Positions 33,579 through 44,382 of a stretch of 64,000 bases of DNA are shown piece by piece. The stretch's first letter is position 1. Each line of letters starts with the position of its first letter. The notes under the pieces are model-generated. The model ran no database searches. It was not told where the DNA came from and was given only the letters and a program-made list of their open reading frames with translations. The stretch is taken from assembly GCA_964035575.1 (NCBI GenBank), contig OZ037834.1, positions 1,054,001 through 1,118,000 of the forward strand, written 5' to 3'. The DNA comes from Rhynchopus sp. YZ270_cl-10. Its lineage: Eukaryota. The translations under genes and the position numbers were made by a program.

Positions 33579-34362
33579 TTATTATCGTGAATTTATTTTC
33601 CAGTATTTCACGCACAGGTGGAAACAGCCCGAGGGAAGCATTTTTTCCCGAGGGCGAAGCCCGAGGGGAAAAATGCTTCCCCGAGGGCTGTTTCCACCTG
33701 TAAGTGAAATACTGGTATAAATTCACGAAAATATATTATTTTATCTCCAAATGAGACCATGAATTTCACAACCCGTTTTCACGTACAAAGAGAAGAGGGT
33801 GGGGTGGTTCTTTTTATGATGATTTTTGATTCAGTTTTTTGATGTGGAACTCTTAGCGCTGGACAGCGCCTTGAGCCAGAACTGGTGCAGCGGGTTTGTG
33901 GCGCTTACGCGGCTGTACTTCTGAGGAAGATGAGGAAGACGATGACGATGAGTCACTTGTGTTCGTGTCGGACTCACTCTCCACAGGTGCCCTCGCACGT
34001 TTTTGAGGTCTCATTTGGGATTTTTTGATGAAAATTTGGAAAAAAAAACGTGTAAATCCGTGGTTTGTGTGATACAGAAAATTAACTCAAAAATGCGTTT
34101 GAGACCCCCAGAATGGCTCAAAATGCCTCTTTTCTGGCTTTAATTGCAAAATTGGGCCTCCAAAGGCCTCCAAAAAATTTTTCGAGAGTTCAGTTCTACG
34201 ATTTTCGACCGTGAATTATTTTTTCTGAGCGTGAATTTATTTTTCTGAGCGTGAATTTATTTTTTGAGCGTGAAATACCGGAAAATAAATTCACGCACCT
34301 CCTTCACGATTTTGTGAAGGGGCGTGAAATTCATGGTCTCAAGCGGGGATAAAAATAAATAA
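33573..34362 (-). mobile_element. Long-hairpin/asymmetric-inverted-repeat element 2
   Basis: Hairpin 33585-33728 centred on CCGAGGGCGAAGCCCGAGG; IR GAGACCATGAATTTCAC (~33753) / GTGAAATTCATGGTCTC (~34324-34340); 52-codon ORF from ATG 34014. Confidence 0.6.
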
Positions 34363-34552
34363 AAAAAGGAGCAAAAAATAGAAACTAACTTCAGGTTCTG
34401 AATAGAAAGAAATCAATGAAAAACAACTTTTTCGTTTATCGCGAGTGTGTGTTGTGTGAGAGAGAAAAACAATGAGTGAGAAAGAAAAACACAAGCTGGC
34501 GGGCACGCACCTTCCGTCGTTTCTATTTCCTATTGTCAAGTACCTTGATTTA

Positions 34553-34589
<37 letters not shown>

Positions 34590-34697
34590 AGATAAAACAA
34601 AACACCTGTGGCAAAGGCAATCTGTGGTGATCAGGGGTACTTTTCTGACAATAAATCGCAAAACCCCAATGAGAATCGCAAAAGATCACATAAATTC

Positions 34698-34994
34698 CAG
34701 GCACTCCGCTAGGTACTAAAGTTCTGTTGATTGTCAACAGAACTTTTTGAAAATGGGGAAAAAAAGAAAAAAAAAAAAGTTCTGCTAAGTGGTTCAGACC
34801 CGTTCTACCTGTCAAAAAAGCTCAGGAGAAGAAGATATGGAGAGGTGAGTGCTCAAACGTCCCAAAAAAGTCAAAATCGGGCGTTGGTAAAAAAAAAAGT
34901 TGCGTACCGTGCGCCTGCGGCGCAAGCATGTACCCCACCAACGTGGACCATCAACAGAATATTTTCAAAATCGGAAATCCTAGCTGAGAGCCTG
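34698..34994. mobile_element. hAT-like MITE, 8-bp TSD
   Basis: TIR CAGGCACTCCGCTAGG / CCTAGCTGAGAGCCTG; ATAAATTC on both sides; related copy at 53082-53250. Confidence 0.88.
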
Positions 34995-35048
34995 ATAAAT
35001 TCGCAAAAAAAAAAAAAAAAAAAAAACTTTTTTTTGCGAATTGTAACT

Positions 35049-35478
35049 CATGGATGTCCAAAGTACTTGAAGTACTTTTTTCGGATTTTTTATGGCACTT
35101 GAAGTACTTGACCCCCCTTTTTTTTTCCTCTCAAAATGACAGTCAAGTACTTGAAGATTGATCAAGTACTTGACAAAAATCAAGTACTTGACACCCTATT
35201 TTTTTTTCTCGTACTTTTTTACTTTTTTACCCTCTGACAGAGTCTGTCAAGTACTTGTTTTCGCAAAAAAACGTCAAGTACTTGATCAAGTACCCACTTT
35301 TTTTTTGTACTTGATCAAGTACTTGACGTTTTTTTTGTGGAAAAAGTACTTGACAGAGGGAGACCAAGTAAAAAAGTACGAGAAAAAAAAATAGGGTGTC
35401 AAGTACTTCAAGTATCAAGTATTGGGTTTTTTGGGGGATCAAGTACTTGATATACTTCAAGTACTTTGGACATCCATG
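35049..35478. mobile_element. MITE built from AAGTACTT motifs
   Basis: TIR CATGGATGTCCAAAGTACTTGAAGTA / TACTTCAAGTACTTTGGACATCCATG; no clean TSD. Confidence 0.8.
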
Positions 35479-37642
35479 ATTGTTGCGATTTTTTATTATT
35501 TTTTTTGCGATTTGTATTTCGGTTTTTGCGAATTTTGTTCCAGAAAAGTACCCTGATCACCGCCCAAAAAATTTTTCCCAGCACTGCTGACCAAGGACCG
35601 GGGGTATCAAAAGGGAGTCACAAACCCGCTTTTCGTTCTCGAATATGCATTTCGAAGACTTTGACCCCAAAAATGTCCCCCTCGTCTGTTTTGACCCCAA
35701 CCGACCCTTGGCCCCAAAACGCAAACTGAAAGTGCCAAGGACCGGGTGCCACCACACAGGGTATACAGGCAGCACACCTCCCCCTCAGGGTGTGGCAGCG
35801 TCATTGTAGACACTGGCCTGGCTCTTTTGGTGGAAACCTTAAAAAGGTTCCCTAGCTGCTATGTGTTCTCTTGATGTTCTCTTTTTTTTTTTTTTTTTCC
35901 CCTTTTTTTTTTGTTATTTGACATGTAGACACCTCGCTTTTTTTTCGTGTGAGCTCCACGCTTTTCCCCCCTTCTTTTCACTGTAACCTACCGAGGTAGG
36001 GGTGACACTGACGACACACTAGTTTTTGGTAGCCGCGCCACTGGTATTGTCTGCTAAGTTGTTGTTGTTGTTGTTGTTGTTGTGATACATAACAGGGGAG
36101 AAATAGACTGTGCATTCAGAGTGATTTTTCTTTGTTTCCAGTATTGGTACCCAGCTGGTTCTGGAGGGGAGGGGGAGACGCAGTTTTCTTTTTACGATGC
36201 ACAAAGTTACAGGCCGTTTCTTGTCTTGTTTGTTTGTCTTCTATTATTCATCCAATTTGTGAATACTTCCTTAAAATATCCCGCATCAAACCCACACACA
36301 GCCATGAGTGATGCAAGGATTATCCTACTAAGATGCGTTTGTTAACTTGCGAATTCCTGTTGTAAACCCTAGCTCCTCCCTGCGAGTTCCGTGCGGGATC
36401 ACTAATAGCGTTAACTGTAACAAAAAAGACATAACAAACAAGTCTCTAAAGAAAGGCGGGGGAGAAGGGGGAGAAGGGGGAGAATAAAAAAAAAAAGATT
36501 GGGCTGTTCTCTGTTGTTTGAGTGCATTGCCACGAACTTCCTCGCGCAATACGCCAGACACATGAAAACTTGGGGAGGGGCTGTACATTTTTTTTTTTCC
36601 CCTACCATTTTTTGCTTTTTTCATACATTGAAATCCCGGGGAGTCACGGGGAGTTTGGCAAAAAATCAAAAAAAACGAACTCCCCGTGAGTGTTTTTTTG
36701 GTTTCGAGAGTTTTCGAGAGTGTTTTTTTTTTTTTTTACGGAGAGTTTTCGCGATTAATCGCGACAAAATTCGCGATTAATCCCCGGGAGTAAAATCGCG
36801 ATTTTTTGTAGCATTTTACCCCAAACACAACCGTGCACACCTGGTGCTATCCGCATCTGACCTGTGCCTACCTGGGCACACGTTCAGTCTACGTACTCAC
36901 ATTACACCTACCGATTGATTCGCAAAATGCACCCACTATGACAGAGGGGTGATAAGCCTCGCGGCTTTAGGCGGCACAGTGGTGGCGGACATGAGCAAAC
37001 GAGCCCACAGGTCGATCACAAATGCGACGGGTTAATTCCGCGCTTGGAAATTATCCACACCTGTTTAAGATATAATTACGCTTAAATTACTCTGGGCGAA
37101 AAATGGTACACCATACCAGCACTGAAGCATACCACCACATGTAAGCAGGGCTATTTTAAATATGGGGATAAGGAACAAGAAAAGGGTGAAAACGGGTCGA
37201 GGCTTCCCGCCGCAGGCGGAAATTTTTAGATGCCGTGCACTTTTCCAGGTGGTTTGAAGAGTGATCTGACCATATTGTCCCAGTATAGCAGTACACCCAA
37301 TAAATCCATTGGAGAAGGAACATTGCACTTTTGACCACCACAGAATACATGTTGCCAGCCACACCACTAAAGTACAAAAACCCCCTCGGAACGTAGTGAG
37401 AGCTTGTGAAAAAATCTCTCCCCGTTCATAGATGGCCCAGTTTTCGAGATTTTTTCATAAATTCGCGATTAATCGCAAATTTTTATTTTATAAATTGGAG
37501 AGTTTTCGAGAGTATTTTTTTTAAATCGGGGAGTATTGGAGAGTTTTGGAGAGTTTTGGAGAGTTTTTTTTTAAATTGGAGAGTTTTCGAGAGTTTTTCA
37601 CAAATTCGCGATTAATCGCGAATTTTTTTTCTTTTTTTTTAA

Positions 37643-38852
37643 CCCTTTAAGGACCGTTCAGGTTTTTGGATTTTGGGGGTCAACTCTCCCCCGGCAGTAA
37701 AATATTAAGAGATAATTTTTTTTGACCAAATCTGGCGGCATTTGAAAGATTTTGCACAAATCTTTCCAACGGAATCAAAAAATCGAAAATCATCTATTTT
37801 TTTAGAGTGGTGCGAGCCTTTTATTTTTGAGAATTTTTCTGAACAAAATTTTTTTTTGATAAACTCCCCGTCATTATTTCAACTCGAAAACGGCGTATTT
37901 TGAAAGATCTGTTCAAAATCTTTGAAAATAAAAAAAAATTCGATAAAAAAGTCGGAGTAGAAATTTTCTGAAACAGCTGCACAAGGTTAGCAGCAATATT
38001 GGAAAACATGAGTTGTTAAGGATTTGCCTTAAACACGTGTATATCTGTAAGAAAAAGTACAAAAAGTGATCAAACCTCTTCCCATTCCTCACCTTCCCTC
38101 TCTTCGGAGCTTCTGGAGTATCCGGAAGCGTCACAAAAGGCGATGACCGTGTTCCCGGCGTTGCCGATGCTCGCGTTGTCCTCCTGTTCTCAGCAATAAG
38201 CTGCTTCGCCAGTTCACACTTGAACACACTAAGCGACACCTTCTTTTGCTGAGAGCGTTGCAGAGGGAGAAGGCATTCTGCGCGACACTTCCAAGAAATA
38301 CCGAAACACTTTAGGTACCAAACTTTAGTTTAGAATTCCGGCAGGCTAGTACCATGCGCTGGTCCGACCGATCGATCCCTCCCATGTGGGAGTTGAATAC
38401 ATGCCGAAGACATTATCCAGTAGGTGAAAATGGGGGGAAATCCCAAAAGTGAAATGGTACCCCTAACCTCTCCTGTTGATGAGGCTGACAGGGTATGTCA
38501 AAATAAATTTATTTTTGCTTCTTTGGAAAGATTTGTCACAAAATCTTTCCAAAGAACCAAAAATCAATTAGAAATATGCAGTTGTCACCCTCTAATTTTT
38601 TTTTGCAATTCGAAGTGCCCCCGATCCGTAAAAATCCGTAAAATCCCAACAAAAGTGAAATAGTACCCCAAATCTCTCCCGTCGGTGATGGTGCTGGGGG
38701 GTGTCAAAAAAAATCAAAACTTGCGTATTTTGAAAGATTTGCAACAAATCTTTCCAAAGAAAAAAAAGTCGATTTGAAATATGAAGTAGACATATCCTTA
38801 GGTATTTACGTGACCTTGAAGTGGCAATGGATTGCCTATGGTCCTTAAAGGG
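37643..38852 (-). mobile_element. piggyBac deletion derivative
   Basis: TTAA TSDs; TIR CCCTTTAAGGACC / GGTCCTTAAAGGG; transposase remnant inside. Confidence 0.92.
38040..38402 (-). pseudogene. piggyBac transposase C-terminal fragment (frameshifted)
   Basis: FNSHMGGIDRSDQ (piggyBac YNxxMGGVDxxDQ motif), then KVWYLK...NAFSL and FKCELAKQLI in shifting frames. Confidence 0.85.
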
Positions 38853-38925
38853 TTAATCGCTAAAACTCTCGAAAACACCAGTGGAGAGTCTCCGCGACTC
38901 CCGGGGATTTCAATGTATGTTTTTT

Positions 38926-39039
38926 CAGATACCACCTGATTTTTACCCGCGTCTAGGTCTACGGGCGCGTGTACAGTCCAGTACGGTCTTTTACGCGCCT
39001 GTACGCGCCAAAACGCGGGGTAAAAATCAGGTGGATATG
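38926..39039. mobile_element. Small fold-back MITE
   Basis: CCACCTGATTTTTACCC / GGGTAAAAATCAGGTGG; related copy at 54319-54457. Confidence 0.7.
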
Positions 39040-39053
39040 GTCACAATACTGAT

Positions 39054-39091
<38 letters not shown>

Positions 39092-39335
39092 ATTCAAAAG
39101 AAACAGCAGCACTCAAAACGATGAGGGCGATAGTGCAAAACGCCTCTGGGACGCAGGCACTGAATTCTAATAAAATAAATAAAAATCAAAAGAAAGTGAG
39201 GGGACACAAACGCGGGTCCCAATTCCCCTGTCTCCTAAGGGAAAGTACGATAAGTTAACAACAGAAGACGTGGAAATCCATCAGAACGTGCACAAATCTA
39301 TACACTCAGTCTGTGGTACTTCGTCACGTATTTCA

Positions 39336-41600
39336 TCACATTGCTCCCTTGTGGAAGTATCTGTAGTACACCTGCTCGTACTCACGGAAGAATCCGAGCA
39401 TGCACCACGGCTGTGTCTCCGAGTTTGTCTCTCCACTTCTGAACGATGTGACGAACTCCTTGTACGACTTCTTGTCGGTGTCCTTCGTACGGTCTCTGAT
39501 CGAAGCGAGAAGTGTAAGCATTGCGTTCGCCTTGACAACGCCAAGCTTGTTCTCTGTGGCACTGCTGAAAGACACATCGTCCTGGTGGTTCATGACCTCC
39601 TGCATCAGGTTGATAACACGCAGGAAGATCGATGATTTGAAGTTCCACAACATGCCGTCGTTGTTGCTGGGGTCCTTCACCATGGTCACCACCTCGAGCA
39701 GACCGTCCACCTCGCTCACAACGTTCAGGGTCACAGGCGAAGAAACGGCGTTGATGGCATCCTCCAGCCACGACACGATGACGCTCTTTTCGGTACTGAT
39801 GTGAAGGTGCTCGTATCCGATAATGAGGTACGACAGAGCAAGCATCGCAGAGCTGTGGCAGTCGAGGTAGATCTTCCTGTTCCTGTAGCATTCGAAGGCA
39901 CCCTTCCTGTCACCAGATGTGACCCTCATGATGTCCATGACCTCAATCGAGTTCTCAATGTACTTGTTCAACTTCTGGTTCAGCTTCTTGTTCGACTTGT
40001 TCATGATCAAAATCTTCACCATGGCAAGAATTGCGTAGGAGTGTCCACGGAGGAACACTTGCTCAATCGTCTTGTCCACTTCTCCGTCAAGTGTGAGCAC
40101 GAAGTTCTCCATGTAAATATCAAGGTGTTTGAGCAGCCACTGGTTCAGCTCCTCTCCCTTCTCGGCCAGCTCCACCTTCTCTTCGCTGGAGACATCATAG
40201 TGGCCACCCTTCAAGAAGAATGCAAAGGACGCAACACTCGACAGCTCTGCACCGTAGTCGTAGGAGATCGAGAAGTCGGTAGGCTCCTTGCGGTCCTCGA
40301 TGTTCTTGAACAGCTCGTCGTACGGCATCGTCCTGTGCAGTCCTCCTGAGGTCAGGAGAGAGTGGTCCTGCACGGAAAGTGTCTCGCCCTGCTGCAGAGC
40401 TCTGCCTCCGTACTGCATCTCGAGTGTGCTGAGACGCTCACCATCTGCCGTGAGGGAAACCTTGCGCAACTGCCTGTCACGGATGAGGATGTGGAAAGCA
40501 TACGAGTACCCCATCGGGCCTGTGTTGTACACACTGAACCAGTCAAGGTCTTTGACAGGGATCGACTGAACGTCAGGCACTCTATGCTGCACAACATCAT
40601 TTGAAGCGTGCTTGACGGCAAGCTTGAAGAACGCCACACGGGGGAAGGCCTTCTTGAAACTGATGAGGACGTTCTCTGCTGGCTTCTCCTGAAGGTTCTT
40701 GGCATGTCCGTACTGGCGGATGATGGTGGTGTCGTCACGAACGTGGTACTCAACCTGTGCCTCGACGAGGTTCTCGCACACAACAGTGAAACGCACAACA
40801 ACAACGTCACTATGCTTCTCCACCACTCTCTTGTACTGGTCCAGGCCATAGTCACGAGTGCTGTACTCCGTACCGTCGACGGTGAACTCAAGAACGAACC
40901 CAGCAAATGAGTAAAGCACCTCCTCGTCACGTCCGTCGTGGAAACGGTATCCAGTTGAGAGCTGGTTGCGGTTCACGTTCCCGTAATGGTCCATGATTCC
41001 GTTGTGTGCACCGAAGGTTTCGTGTTCGGCGCTCTTCATCTCAATCAGGTTGTACGACTGTCTACGGAGCATAAGACCCTCCTTGCTCATGTACATCATG
41101 AATTCGGTCAGGTCGTGTGCCTGCTTCTTGTACCTTTCGTAAACACCGGGAACAGTGAACACCTCCAGCACCTTTGCGTTGTCGTCAATCCACCACCACC
41201 TGTCACCTCCCATGTCCTCCTCAGTCTCCTTCGATGCGTAGTGCCTACCTGTTTTCTGCATCAGCTTGTCCATGATGTGGTTCAGGAATGGCTGGGCACT
41301 CTTGAAACTGATGCCCTTCGGCTTGGGCCCAGAGCATTCGAGAGCCTTCTCAGGAGCCTTCTCTGGACAGATCTTCTCAATGCACGTGGGACAGGTCTTG
41401 TCTGGGCAGTCCTTGTCTGGGCAGTCCTTGTCTGGGCAGGTCTTCTCAGGGGGGCAGTCCTTCTGGACAGAGTCCGGGCAGGGTGACACGTAGAAATGCT
41501 TTTCAACAGTATCGGAAGAGAACCTTTGCGTGGCAAACATAAGCACAAGGCTTGCAGAAGCCAAGAGGATCAGGATACGCCGCGGCGAAAAGAGACCCAT
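39336..41600 (-). CDS. Uncharacterised type II membrane protein, paralog 2 (754 aa; CP(D/E)K stalk)
   Basis: First ATG 41600 (MGLFSPRR); hydrophobic anchor, Cys-Pro repeats, conserved family motifs. Confidence 0.92.
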   Translation of the reverse strand: MGLFSPRRILILLASASLVLMFATQRFSSDTVEKHFYVSPCPDSVQKDCPPEKTCPDKDCPDKDCPDKTCPTCIEKICPEKAPEKALECSGPKPKGISFKSAQPFLNHIMDKLMQKTGRHYASKETEEDMGGDRWWWIDDNAKVLEVFTVPGVYERYKKQAHDLTEFMMYMSKEGLMLRRQSYNLIEMKSAEHETFGAHNGIMDHYGNVNRNQLSTGYRFHDGRDEEVLYSFAGFVLEFTVDGTEYSTRDYGLDQYKRVVEKHSDVVVVRFTVVCENLVEAQVEYHVRDDTTIIRQYGHAKNLQEKPAENVLISFKKAFPRVAFFKLAVKHASNDVVQHRVPDVQSIPVKDLDWFSVYNTGPMGYSYAFHILIRDRQLRKVSLTADGERLSTLEMQYGGRALQQGETLSVQDHSLLTSGGLHRTMPYDELFKNIEDRKEPTDFSISYDYGAELSSVASFAFFLKGGHYDVSSEEKVELAEKGEELNQWLLKHLDIYMENFVLTLDGEVDKTIEQVFLRGHSYAILAMVKILIMNKSNKKLNQKLNKYIENSIEVMDIMRVTSGDRKGAFECYRNRKIYLDCHSSAMLALSYLIIGYEHLHISTEKSVIVSWLEDAINAVSSPVTLNVVSEVDGLLEVVTMVKDPSNNDGMLWNFKSSIFLRVINLMQEVMNHQDDVSFSSATENKLGVVKANAMLTLLASIRDRTKDTDKKSYKEFVTSFRSGETNSETQPWCMLGFFREYEQVYYRYFHKGAM

Positions 41601-43032
41601 GATTAGATAGAGCTGTGCGTGGGTGTGTGTGTGTTTTTTTTTTTTTTTTTGATAACTAATAGGGGCAGGGTAGTAGCTTGAAAGGTGCACTTTTCAAATG
41701 TTGCTGGTTTGCTGGTTTAGAAAAAAAATTTCCCCAGTTGAAAGCGGTCGTCGCGCGCTTAGCGCGCGCCTCCCTGACAGCCAGAGTGGAGAGGTACAGG
41801 GTAAGGTTTGCGAGACAAAGAAAACGGGATATAATCCTTTGTTAACGGAGCTTGGTCTTGCACCTTACGTTCCACTAACCGTATAAAATCAATACGTCTT
41901 CCAGAAGCAGGGGCTGTTGCAACGGTGGGTCATTTTGAAAAAACGGTCAACTTTTTGCAGCTTTGGCCAAGTTGCATTTTGAGACATTGTAAACTCTATT
42001 TTTTTGCGGAGCAAAAAAATAATATCAAGTGGCGCCGCAGGCGAAAAAAAATTAGGGTATGGTGCAAAAAATGTAGCTTTTTACACCACAGAGTCACTCA
42101 ATGCACCCTTTTTAGGGGTTCGCTTACGTGGGAGGCTTTCTTCTGTGAGGAAAGTGGTGCAGGGGGGATGCGAAAAACTGAATCCCGAATCCCACTTTTT
42201 TTTTTTATTTTTCCCCAAACCAGTAAACCAGCTCGTTCTGGTTTTGAAACCAGCAAAAGTACCCAAGCTATTTCCCTGAATAGGGGTCATTCTTGCGCAG
42301 AATATGTCCCCAAACGTGGGTGTGTGGACGAGGCTTAGGGATGTACGGCGACAGTGCTGACTGACAATAATGTGCAGAAATACACCCTCAAGTGGTGCCT
42401 CGCAATAAGAACAGAACTGTAGTAGCACATTCCACCGTTTGGGGAACACAGAAAGAGTTGCTTTTTTCCCCCAATGAAAGGCTAGAGGAAGAGTGAATAA
42501 AAAGGGGTAAAAATATGAGGCGAAAGTTTGACAGACTAGTTTTTGTTAAGAAAAGAGGGTTGGGGGGAGGGAAATGCAAAAATAAAAATTAAACAGCAAA
42601 AAAAAAATCTTTTTCGGTGTGAGAAAGATTTTCTTTTTTTTTGTCGTGAACAGGAAGTAATCCTGCCACATGCATTTTTTTTTTTCTTTTCTTATATGAA
42701 CTGATCAGAAACTGAACCGATGAATTTGCACTACTCATTTTGTTACTCACGCCTTTTCTTTTCGTTTACCCCTGACACCCAACACGTGTGCCAACACAGA
42801 AAAATGACCTTAATGGCGGCGATCCACGAAAAAGACATAGATGTAGTACAGTGAGGAGTAACAAATAATGAGCAAGCAAATAAGGTTTTCGTTTTCTTTT
42901 TCTTTTTCTTTTTCCTTTTCCTTTTTTTTTTTTTTTTCTTTTTTCACAGAGACCCTTATAGCTCATATAGGTTTGGAGGGATTTCGCTGAAACTCCGTCA
43001 CAACTCGGTCCCCAACCCTAAAGAAGCCCCTG

Positions 43033-44044
43033 CAGAGAGGGAAATCTGGCAGAGTCTGGCCATTTCCTTGGGCTGAGAATTTTCGACAGGGCCAGACTTT
43101 TTTTTTTTTTTTTTTTTTTGGTGAATCTGCCAGACTCGAAATAAAAAAGTGTGGGGGCGGGGGAAAAAGTCGGAAATTTCTTTTCAAGAAATATCGACTC
43201 TGCTAGACTCGAAGTTCTCGGTTTGTGTTTCTTGCATGCACCTCCTTTCCGATCATCGGCGCGGTATCGGGGCGTTTCTGTAGATGTAGGTGAGTGCGGA
43301 AGTGAGGTAAAAAGTTTCTGCAGGTGTCTGTGTAGGGGTTTGAATGGGTTTTTATGAAGTTTTTGTTATGTTTGCTTTGTGCTCTTGTTTTTTTTGTTTT
43401 TTTTGGGGCTTTTGTAACATGTTAGCTTTTGTTTGCTTGTGTCTGTGTAGGGGTGTTAATGAAAAAAGTGTTGAAAACCCAAATGGTTCTCGCTGTATTG
43501 CTTTGGCTTATGTTTTTTTTTCCAAAAAAAGCATTTTACTTCGGTGTTAACAAAGATAAGGATAAGCAACATTGCTATAAACTTGGCTGGTAGTGTGTCT
43601 AGGGGGTGTGTGGTGCATCATACACTATGGTTACTGAGGAATTCAAATTGTAACAATACCTGGCACTGCCATGAGCTCCTCTTCAAATGCCTCACCCTTC
43701 CACCAAGCCTGCGCTCACAGTGAACCAGAAAGAACTCGATTTCCCCCAGACTTTTTTTTTTACTTCTCAATTTTGACTGGTAGACTCTTTTTAGATATAC
43801 CTACAAGCGTAGCTTCAAGGAGAAATAGTTCCTTAGATACGATCGACAAGCCCTCCAACAGGGTAATTATGCAATCAACAAAGAAAGCTTTTTTTCCTTT
43901 TACTCACCAATCAGGAGTTACTATTTTTTTAGTCGAAAATTCTGCCAGACTTCGGTTCGATTTTTACTTTTTCGTTCTGTAGCCGAAAAAGTCGAAACCG
44001 GGTCTGCTAGACTTTTTGCAGACACCGTCAGATTTCCCTCAATG
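43033..44044. mobile_element. Degenerate hAT-like non-autonomous element
   Basis: Imperfect TIR CAGAGAGGGAAATCTG / CAGATTTCCCTCAATG; subterminal CTGC(C/T)AGACT motifs; no TSD; possible broken transposase-like frame at ~43600-43920 (-). Confidence 0.55.
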
Positions 44045-44382
44045 ATTTTTTTTTCTACTTTTTCTTTTTTTTAAAAGGGGGGTGATCTGAAAAAGTTGGC
44101 AACTCGTGCACAACGAAACTTTAAACACGCCACTCACATTTAAGCACATTGCAAATGTGTTTTAATTTTGTGTTCCCTATAACGTGGCCAACACCGTTAA
44201 GGTGCGAGATCCATCACAGAAAACAAAAACACGAAAATGCAAAAAACACAAAAAGCTACACAAAGCAAAACATGGCTACTCATTCCCAACAACAAAGGGA
44301 AAGAGCACCAAGGGGCACGAAATCGCGCGTTTCAAAAAATTCGCAACCACCTCACTCCGTCACGTACTTAATCAGCACCGAC

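Larger units (their letters stand above)
36622..38919. mobile_element. Non-autonomous element, CATACATTGAA family, probable 6-bp TSD, containing a piggyBac derivative
   Basis: TIR CATACATTGAAATCCCGGGGAGTC / GACTCCCGGGGATTTCAATGTATG; exactly TTTTTT on both sides. Confidence 0.85.
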
